64,000 bases of DNA from a candidate division FCPU426 bacterium (lineage in GTDB: Bacteria; Oederibacteriota; PGYV01; Palsa-1178): NCBI GenBank assembly GCA_963840035.1, contig CAWIXE010000001.1, forward strand, positions 64,001 through 128,000, read 5' to 3'. The position numbers and the translations under genes are program-made. How positions within the stretch are numbered: the stretch's first letter is position 1; every line of letters begins with the position of its first letter. This document shows, piece after piece, positions 56,513 through 64,000 of this stretch. A model generated the notes under the pieces. The model saw only the letters and a list, made by a program, of their open reading frames with translations, was not told the DNA's origin and searched no databases.

Positions 56513-57454
56513 TTATTTTATCGCGCCTTCGAGTTCAGCCGCGTCAATCACTTCCACACCTTCAGGTACGGTGAATTTAAAATTGGACTCCGCCAGTTCC
56601 TTATTGCCCGCGATTTCTGATTCCTTGTAATTAACCGTGTCAAGGAACTCTATCTCGGTTATTGTGCCCTGTGTCTTCATGGACATGTAAAAAGGCACCA
56701 GGTCTTTTTTTGTGACCTTTATTATTATCTCGTCGTAGCCGATGGCGTTCTTATCGCGCGGCGACATGGTTAAAGTGTATGAAGTCTCATCCTCGCCAAG
56801 GACGGTGTCGCTGTTTTTCACATAGTGGCTGATGGAACTTGAAAAATCAGAGTAAAACTGCGTGCCGTTGTTTGACCCTTTTACCGACTGCTTCATGACC
56901 TGGGAAAGCGCCGGGGTGTATATCCAGATCGTCTTTCCGTCGGAAATTATATCCTGCTCGCTCGGCTCGGTATAATGAACCCTGAATTTATCTTTTTTCT
57001 TTATAATGGCCTCGCCCTTAATGAACTGAGGCGCGCCTCCGCCGGCGAAGGTCTTCATGGAAATCTTTGTTTTGGAAGCCGCCACATCAGCCTGGCCTTT
57101 CCTTATCTTTTCCACCAGCTCGGAAACCTTATCCGGGACCGGTGTTGCCTTTGCTTCATTCACGGCAGCTGCCTTCGGCGTCTTCTTTTTGACCGGAGTT
57201 ACCGCGGAAGTTGCTGCGGGCGTTATTTCCTGTTTAACTTCCTTTACAGCTTCTGTCGGGACTGCCGTGGCCGTGGTCCCCGTGGCGGTCGCGGCCGCTG
57301 TCGGAGCGCTGTCCGCGGTCTTTGTGTTTATGACCTCATCCGAAGCAATGGTATTGTTTGCCGTATTTGTTACTTTTCCGAAAAGACAGCTGCATGAAAA
57401 TGATACAAATATGAGTGATGATATGATTAGCAGTATTTTAAACTTTTTGTTCAT
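56513..57454 (-). CDS. lolA: LolA family lipoprotein carrier with long Ala/Thr-rich N-terminal extension
   Basis: KFRVHYTEPSEQDIISDGKTIWIYTP..QV; FKFTVPEGVEVID; follows the ftsK 3' remnant. Confidence 0.82.
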   Translation of the reverse strand: MNKKFKILLIISSLIFVSFSCSCLFGKVTNTANNTIASDEVINTKTADSAPTAAATATGTTATAVPTEAVKEVKQEITPAATSAVTPVKKKTPKAAAVNEAKATPVPDKVSELVEKIRKGQADVAASKTKISMKTFAGGGAPQFIKGEAIIKKKDKFRVHYTEPSEQDIISDGKTIWIYTPALSQVMKQSVKGSNNGTQFYSDFSSSISHYVKNSDTVLGEDETSYTLTMSPRDKNAIGYDEIIIKVTKKDLVPFYMSMKTQGTITEIEFLDTVNYKESEIAGNKELAESNFKFTVPEGVEVIDAAELEGAIK

Positions 57455-57659
57455 AACCCTCTCCTTAATATATATACATGCGTGCGCCCAAAATGGCACG
57501 GGTTTATATTTTAATTAGAATTTGGGAGAAATGCAAGGGAAAAAAGCAGGAAATAGCTACAAAAACAAGCCCAGAGCCCATAGCTCAAAGCTCAAGGAAG
57601 TCAAAAGCAACAGCAAAAATATACCGGTTTTACTTGTGCTATGGGCTTTGGGCTTGTAC

Positions 57660-57809
57660 TTACTCGCCCTTCCATTCCCTGGGTTTATTCCCGTCAGCCG
57701 ACGTTATCAGCCCCTTTTCCTCTATCATGTCTATGACCCTGGCCGCCCTTGAGTAGCCTATGCCGAGCTTCCGCTGGAGGAAGGAGGTGGATATCTTGCC
57801 CTTTTCGCG
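57660..57809 (-). pseudogene. Orphan duplicate of the ftsK 3' end (gamma domain, 49 codons plus stop)
   Basis: Colinear with 63421..63570; by hand count about 20 substitutions, one non-synonymous. Confidence 0.9.
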
Positions 57810-57922
57810 AACCAGGTATGCAATAAATTAGAACATATTGAAGTTTATGCCGTCGGTTTTAATTCAAATTTAAATTGAATGTTTTACAATGAAATCAGCC
57901 TTGGAATTTGACTTTCTCCTTG

Positions 57923-60900
57923 TTATCTAATGATCATGAATACTTTTGTTGCCTTATAAATAACTCTGCCATTTGCTTTCAGGATCACCTTTGCAAGATA
58001 GCTCCCGTTTGCCATGCTTTTTGTGTCCAAATTACACGCACCGCTGGCATTGATAGTGTGTGTGAATCGCCGGATCAGTCTTAAGTTTACTGTGTAAATG
58101 TCTATCTCTGCCGTTTGCGCTGATAATGAATTCTTTATGGAAATAGAAAGCATATCTCCCCGGGAAGGAACTGGATAAATAACCACGCTGTCAGACTGGT
58201 ATTCAGACAATGACGTGGTTTTTGTTGCGGTTGGTGAAACAATTGGGGTTGACTGTTTTGTGACAGTCTGTGAAGGTGTACAAGTGGCTGTGCGTGTTTT
58301 AGACAGTGTCGCCGTGGGAGTTAATGATATAGTTCCTGACGCTGTAACAGTGATGGTCGCGGTTTTCGTGATAGTCAACGTCTTAGTAAATGTGATAGAC
58401 AAACTTGCGGTTATCGTTTCTGTAAAAGTACAGGTACCAGTTGATGTGCCTGTCTGGATGTTTGTAGCAGTAACTGTAGGCGACTCCGTTTCGGCCACAG
58501 TAGAGGATGCCGTTATCGTGAATGTTTGTGTTAGTGTTTCGGCAATTGTACAGGTTGGTGACATTGTCGGGGTACATGTCATTGTCATTGTTATGGTATT
58601 TGTTCCGGTCCATATCATTGTAGCCGATGAAGTTGCAGAAATTGAACTTGTAGGACTTGACGTTAAAGTCGTCGTTAATGTTTGTGTGCAAGTTTCTGTA
58701 GGAACTGAACATGTAACCGAAAAGCGGGATACCTGGAAATAGGAGTTTGAAAGTAAGGTAACGCAGGAACCGATAACTAATCTGCCCGCGCTATCAAGCA
58801 TCCCTGCCACTGAAACGGGGTTCTGCGTGCCATAGTCATCGTAAACACCTGTCCCGTTGAAGTTAAAGTCGGCATTTCCATCGCTGTTGAACCTATTTAT
58901 AAAATAATGGGTATTATTGCTTGAAGCGCCGTCCATGCCAAAAGCTGTTATCTGCGTTCCTGGTCCAGCGAAAATATTTGAAAAATAAAAATTATCCCCC
59001 GGCGTGGTTCCATAGGGACGGTTGTTGAATACATTATACCCACACCCATTGAATGAATAGTCAAGATTACCGTTATCAAGGAACCTCCAGACACAGGCAT
59101 ACCCGGATGACTGCGCCCCGGAAAGACCTGCGCTTCCCCCAACAAGAACTCTGCCTTCCATATCAACGCCCACTGAATATCCCAGGCTGCCCGTGACACC
59201 AGCTGTGTTTTCAAATGTAACGTAACCTTTTCCGTTAAATGAACCATCAATGGTCCCGTTATGGTTAAACCTCCAGACAGCCATAGAATTACCCTTTTTC
59301 CCGGTGACCAAGATCCTTCCGTTATTGTCTATTGAAGCTCCGTAAGCTGTCCCTATAGTCGGCATACCCTGTATGTTCGGCAGAATGAAACCACACCCAT
59401 TAAACGATGTGTCCAGCGTACCGTTCTGATTGAGCCTCCAGATAGTTACTACCGGGGCCCCACCATAAGTTGTGCTGTTTCCTGCAACTACTATTTTCCC
59501 GCCGCTGTCAAGGATTACCGCAACGGCATAATCGTCGCCACCAACTCCAGCGGTGTTCTTTATTACAAAATAACCCGTTCCGTTAAATGACGTGTCAAGT
59601 AAGCCTGTTGTGCCATACCTCCAAACCGCCATGCTATAATTAGAATATGAATTTGCGCTTTTTCCTGCAGCAATAACCCTCCCGGAACTATCAGTAGTAA
59701 CTGCTTTTGCTTCATCATACCAGTTCCCACCCCCGGCGTTATTATGGGTCACATACCCGGTACCGTTAAATGAAGTGTCAGGGCTGCCGTCAGGCTTTAT
59801 TTTCAAAATAATCATATCCATATTATTATAGGAAATACCCGCAGTAATAATATTTCCTGACATATCCGCCGCGCATGCCAGGAGCTTGCTGCTATTGTTA
59901 ATCATATATTCTTCCCTGCCGCCTGCGCCAAACGACCCGTCAGGATGTACGCAGCCTGTTGTAGGTGAAACTGCCGGCGTCTGAGTATTTGTTAGTGTTG
60001 GGGAATGTGTATAGGTAGTCGTCATTGTCCTGGTATCATCATCGGTTGCCGTCATTGTAAAAGTTGCCGAGATAGTCGGAGTCTGAGTGATTGACGGGGT
60101 AGGCTGGATGGTAAATGTTTCAGTCCTCGTTAACGTTATAGTAGGGGTACAGGTGCTTGTGTACCAGACAGAAAGACATGTAAATCTGGCGGCATTTATT
60201 CCTGAATTAGGGTCGTTCCATCCCATAAAAACTTCACCTGCTCCGGAAATGGCAAGCGATGACTCCCCATAAAGGCACGAATCACCTGCGCATAAGTTCA
60301 CATAATCTTTGCTGATACCGTGAATATCAGTCCATGTACTGCCATTAAGTTTTAAGTATTCAAGCCCGCCGCTGTCATTCCACGATATATGACATGTGCC
60401 GCCGCCATCAATATCAAGTTTTAATCCGGCGCATTCTCCCTGCACCGGATAAATTGCCGCTGATTCCATACCTGTTCCGTCAGAATCAACCCAATTGCTG
60501 CCGTTCCATCGGATGAAATAAATGGACTTCACCAAATGGCTGAGGTCCCACCCCTGCCACGCAATGCATGCGTTGCCGGTATTATCCAGGGCAAGTACCG
60601 GTTTTGAAGAAGAATTTGATATTACAGCAGAGATAAATTCGGATTCCTTGCCTGTCCCGTCAGCATCGACCCATTCACTGCCATTCCATTTTAAATATGA
60701 TATACCGGAAACAGCGTCGCACCAAACAACATGCGGCAGTCCTGTTCCATCACTCCGGATATACGGTTGGGACGAATCTGCTGAAATATCCGATATTATT
60801 TGGCTGCCGGACGTTATGCCATCCGCATTAGTCCAGGAATTACCATTCCACCTTATTATTGAAATAACATGGCTGGACTGCATGTCATCCCATACTATCC

Positions 60901-63307
60901 ACGGGAAATTATCAATATCAAGTGAAAATGCCACATTTTCAACAGCATCATAAATTGTGGCAGGGACTTCCATATCATTGATATCAATCCCGGTACAATC
61001 AACCCATCCGGCATCTTTCCCACGAAGATATTTTATACTCGGATAAAGATTATTTCCTGCCCAAACCACAGCCGGTTCACCTGTCGTTAGGTATTCAAGA
61101 CTGAACCCGCTCGAAAAGTCCTGCCCATATTCATAAATCACACTATTGCCTGAAGAGCCCCCAAAGCTGACCCAATTACTGCCATTCCAACCAAGATAAT
61201 TCAGAACACCTTTTTTATCCGGCCAAAGAAGGCCAGGATTTCCGTCGGGTCCGGACTTAATCTGAGGCGTATTAACAAATAAATTACTTTGCACCGCCAG
61301 TGTGCCGGATAAAGAAGTTCCGTGCATTCCCTCCCAACATGCTTCAAGCGGATTTGAAGGACAAATATCCGGGCATAAAACCATATATGCATCCATGGCA
61401 AAATAGCCTGATAAAGTGGCAGGCATTGACGTTGGAAAAACCCAATATGTGGACCCCATCCATAATCTGGAAGAATCCCCTGTGTTTCCCAAAACGATGT
61501 TCTTATATTCTAAAGCAAGCCAATAATTGCCTTTTGCAAGATGGGTGTCAGGAAACCTTATACTATTCCATCCAACAGATGCGGTTGTGCTGACTGAAAC
61601 AGCTATAAGGCTATCAGGTTGGTTGTTGTTATCACTGTAAATCCCGGCCTTGATAAAACCGGATCCTGAAATACCGCGTACCTCTATATCCGAAGTCGCG
61701 CTGTCCAGAGGCACAATAACCTTTTGGAGGGACATGTATGTAGACAACGAATACGGAGTGACAACGGGCGCCATTACACCCGCGACTTTCATACAAACGC
61801 AAGGCAGCGGAGTAGACGTACGGGTTGTTGTGGCTGTATACGATGTGGTTCTGGTGGGTGTCACCGTAAATGTCGGGGATATAGTAACTGTATTTGTTAT
61901 GGTCGGAGAGACCGACCAAGTCGGACTGATAGTCGGAGTGGCTGTGCTTGTTCCAGGTGGGTCTATCCATTTGACATAATGAATCCCGTCGTACGACTCC
62001 CATGCTATATGCGGGTTACCAAAGCTGTCAAGATCAAGCGAAGGGCCCCAGTTGTCGCACTGTAAAATAGAAATATTTGAGCCTTCAGTGCCCGTGCCGT
62101 CGGCATCGACCCAGGTGCCATTTTTAAGCCACATATAATAAATAGCATAATTACCATCCGGATTCGCACACCAGGCAATGTGTGGGTTGCCGTAACTATC
62201 AGCCTTGATTGCAATCCTATCAATACCTAACTGCGGTAAATACAAAATCTGCATTGATTCCTGGCCGGTTCCATCACCATCAACCCATTCACTGCCATTC
62301 CATTTCAGGAAGTTCATTCTCCTGGGATACGGTAAAACGTTTGAAATCTCGGTCCATAATACCATCGGCCTGTCCTGGGAATCAAAGGCAAGTTTACCCT
62401 GATCCGGACCATAAACTGCAGATTGTATAATTATTTTACCGGTTACTGCTGCAGAAATTGTTGCTCCTGACGCGTCAACCCATGCGCTCCCGCTCCATTT
62501 ATAATAATATAGATTCCCCATATACATGAATACCAGCCCGGGTTTTCCCTGTGAGTCAGCTACCATGTCCAGATTGAAAGCATTTGCGGCCTTAATCTGG
62601 CTGATTCCAGAGCCGGTGATATCCGTCCATGACGTACCGTTCCATTTTATATAATCCAGATCGAAATTCTCAAAATATGCTATATTTGGCCTGCCTCCCG
62701 AGTCAAGGAACATGGGGCACAGTGCGACATTTGACCATCCTGACGCACTGATGGTATTAGTCAGCCGTGCGGATTCTATTCCTGACCCATCAACATCAAC
62801 CCATGTTCCTCCGTCCCATTTCATAAAAAAAAGTTCAAAGTTGTATTGGTTGTCGATTTGCTGGGTATATGTTACATTTGGATGTCCATTCGCGTCAAAT
62901 TTAATGCTACCCGCCTCAATATAATAAGTGCTGTCCATTAATTTATAACCGGTCGTTCCCCCATTGATATCCACCCAGGATGCGCCATCCCATTTTTTAT
63001 AATACATCGAGTACGTGGGGCTCGTAGAACGTGAGAACATGATATTTGCATTATCTGCCTGGTCAAGTTCCAACACGGGAACAAAATCCGGGTTCATCAC
63101 AGTCTGGTCAACAAGTTCCTGGCTGCGGAATGAACCGTATGCGTCCACCCATATGGCGTTTAATCCGGGTATAAATGTGAGGATTAGAAAAAATTGGAAA
63201 ATAACTTTGATGATTCCTCGAGTCAGGTAAGAAGCAGGCACCCAAAGCCTCCCTTTGCATATCGTCATGTTCCCCATATTAGAATATAATAACACCAAAA
63301 ACTGCAA
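57923..63307 (-). CDS. Very large secreted protein: two W-x-G-x-x-W-x-D repeat propellers, delta-60 propeller, Thr-rich stalks, T9SS type A-like C-terminal domain
   Basis: KWNGSEWVDADGTG-like repeats, LDTSFNGTG repeats, C-terminal IYPVP..IDIYTVN..ANGSY..KVFMIIR; start uncertain. Confidence 0.85.
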   Translation of the reverse strand: MQFLVLLYSNMGNMTICKGRLWVPASYLTRGIIKVIFQFFLILTFIPGLNAIWVDAYGSFRSQELVDQTVMNPDFVPVLELDQADNANIMFSRSTSPTYSMYYKKWDGASWVDINGGTTGYKLMDSTYYIEAGSIKFDANGHPNVTYTQQIDNQYNFELFFMKWDGGTWVDVDGSGIESARLTNTISASGWSNVALCPMFLDSGGRPNIAYFENFDLDYIKWNGTSWTDITGSGISQIKAANAFNLDMVADSQGKPGLVFMYMGNLYYYKWSGSAWVDASGATISAAVTGKIIIQSAVYGPDQGKLAFDSQDRPMVLWTEISNVLPYPRRMNFLKWNGSEWVDGDGTGQESMQILYLPQLGIDRIAIKADSYGNPHIAWCANPDGNYAIYYMWLKNGTWVDADGTGTEGSNISILQCDNWGPSLDLDSFGNPHIAWESYDGIHYVKWIDPPGTSTATPTISPTWSVSPTITNTVTISPTFTVTPTRTTSYTATTTRTSTPLPCVCMKVAGVMAPVVTPYSLSTYMSLQKVIVPLDSATSDIEVRGISGSGFIKAGIYSDNNNQPDSLIAVSVSTTASVGWNSIRFPDTHLAKGNYWLALEYKNIVLGNTGDSSRLWMGSTYWVFPTSMPATLSGYFAMDAYMVLCPDICPSNPLEACWEGMHGTSLSGTLAVQSNLFVNTPQIKSGPDGNPGLLWPDKKGVLNYLGWNGSNWVSFGGSSGNSVIYEYGQDFSSGFSLEYLTTGEPAVVWAGNNLYPSIKYLRGKDAGWVDCTGIDINDMEVPATIYDAVENVAFSLDIDNFPWIVWDDMQSSHVISIIRWNGNSWTNADGITSGSQIISDISADSSQPYIRSDGTGLPHVVWCDAVSGISYLKWNGSEWVDADGTGKESEFISAVISNSSSKPVLALDNTGNACIAWQGWDLSHLVKSIYFIRWNGSNWVDSDGTGMESAAIYPVQGECAGLKLDIDGGGTCHISWNDSGGLEYLKLNGSTWTDIHGISKDYVNLCAGDSCLYGESSLAISGAGEVFMGWNDPNSGINAARFTCLSVWYTSTCTPTITLTRTETFTIQPTPSITQTPTISATFTMTATDDDTRTMTTTYTHSPTLTNTQTPAVSPTTGCVHPDGSFGAGGREEYMINNSSKLLACAADMSGNIITAGISYNNMDMIILKIKPDGSPDTSFNGTGYVTHNNAGGGNWYDEAKAVTTDSSGRVIAAGKSANSYSNYSMAVWRYGTTGLLDTSFNGTGYFVIKNTAGVGGDDYAVAVILDSGGKIVVAGNSTTYGGAPVVTIWRLNQNGTLDTSFNGCGFILPNIQGMPTIGTAYGASIDNNGRILVTGKKGNSMAVWRFNHNGTIDGSFNGKGYVTFENTAGVTGSLGYSVGVDMEGRVLVGGSAGLSGAQSSGYACVWRFLDNGNLDYSFNGCGYNVFNNRPYGTTPGDNFYFSNIFAGPGTQITAFGMDGASSNNTHYFINRFNSDGNADFNFNGTGVYDDYGTQNPVSVAGMLDSAGRLVIGSCVTLLSNSYFQVSRFSVTCSVPTETCTQTLTTTLTSSPTSSISATSSATMIWTGTNTITMTMTCTPTMSPTCTIAETLTQTFTITASSTVAETESPTVTATNIQTGTSTGTCTFTETITASLSITFTKTLTITKTATITVTASGTISLTPTATLSKTRTATCTPSQTVTKQSTPIVSPTATKTTSLSEYQSDSVVIYPVPSRGDMLSISIKNSLSAQTAEIDIYTVNLRLIRRFTHTINASGACNLDTKSMANGSYLAKVILKANGRVIYKATKVFMIIR

Positions 63308-63420
63308 AAATCAATTGCTTGGTGGCAATATTACTTGGTGGCAATAAATGTGCCTGTAAAAAAAAAGGCGGCCTTTCAGCCGCCTATATATGTTTTTGGA
63401 ACCTTAGACCACGAGCGATT

Positions 63421-63999
63421 CTACTCGCCTTTCCACTCCCTCGGTTTATTCCCGTCCGCGGAGGTTATAAGCCCTTTTTCTTCCATCATATCTATGACCC
63501 TGGCAGCCCTTGAGTAGCCTATGCCTAACTTCCTCTGGAGGAATGAAGTGGATATCTTTCCTTTTTCGCGCGCCAGATCCAGCGCCCTCTTATACATATC
63601 CGGGTCCATGTCGTCATCGTCGGAAAAACCCGAACCCGTGGGCATTTCATCGTCTTTAATGTCAAACTCATCCGAGTAGACTGCCTTGCGCTGTTTTTTG
63701 ATAAATGAAACTATTTTAGGTATCTCATCCCTGACAAAAGCGGCCTGGCCCCTGGTGGGCTTTACCATGTTCGCGGGATTATATAGCATATCGCCTTTTC
63801 CCAGCAGCGCCTCGGCGCCTTTGGTGTCCATGATTGTGCGCGAGTCTATCTGTGACTTTACCTTGAAAGCTATCCTTGAAGGGAAGTTCGCCTTGATTAC
63901 GCCGGTGATGACATCCACCGAGGGCCTCTGAGTGGCTATGATGATGTGTATGCCGACCGCGCGGGCAAGCTGCGCGAGCCTCTGCAGCGATTCTTCCAC
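63421..63999 (-). CDS. ftsK: DNA translocase FtsK, 3' part (runs off the window)
   Basis: ARAVGIH..ATQRPSVDVITG, DSRTI..GAEALLGKGDML, SFLQRKLGIGYSRAAR. Confidence 0.96.
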   Translation of the reverse strand: MEESLQRLAQLARAVGIHIIIATQRPSVDVITGVIKANFPSRIAFKVKSQIDSRTIMDTKGAEALLGKGDMLYNPANMVKPTRGQAAFVRDEIPKIVSFIKKQRKAVYSDEFDIKDDEMPTGSGFSDDDDMDPDMYKRALDLAREKGKISTSFLQRKLGIGYSRAARVIDMMEEKGLITSADGNKPREWKGE

Positions 64000-64000
64000 G

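Overview
Bacterial chromosomal window from a diderm (porins, LolA, PorV-like barrels, T9SS-like C-terminal domains). The Thr/Pro-rich secreted proteins suggest a Ca. Goldiibacteriota-like lineage, which is inference only. Most genes are on the minus strand. (1) 1.2-15.5 kb: an internally duplicated flavinylation locus with ApbE, two FMN-binding proteins, two outer-membrane beta-barrels that both carry an ApbE-type TGAT motif, two His-rich membrane proteins, two NusG-II/EetA-like proteins, two Gx(EetB)-EcfT(FmnA) fusions, two Rrf2 regulators and two chemoreceptors. This is the best candidate for an undescribed system: a haem c-free, flavin-based trans-envelope redox conduit. (2) 16-28 kb: ldhA, a ferredoxin, a candidate sRNA ending in a 4x61-bp terminator array, STAS and HD-GYP signalling genes, and rrf2-iscS-nadA-iscU-mnmA. 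A shared 21-bp operator links three promoters. (3) 28-39 kb: ECF sigma/anti-sigma followed by two PorV-like + secreted cargo pairs, with three matching ECF promoters. (4) 39.5-47 kb: glgP and a plasticity zone where lipoprotein cargo genes are separated by displaced copies of a host gene 3' end. (5) 47-64 kb: mfd and pgpA-pgsA-rimO-yajQ-rodZ-lolA-ftsK, with a 5.4-kb surface-protein gene lying between two allelic copies of the ftsK 3' end. Scattered throughout are four IS256-like MITEs with target-site duplications, REP-like palindromes and many heptamer-repeat hairpins. No rRNA, tRNA, CRISPR array, integrase or transposase was recognised. All family assignments are by motif recognition, not database search. 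Several starts were moved from the ORF track to RBS-supported codons.
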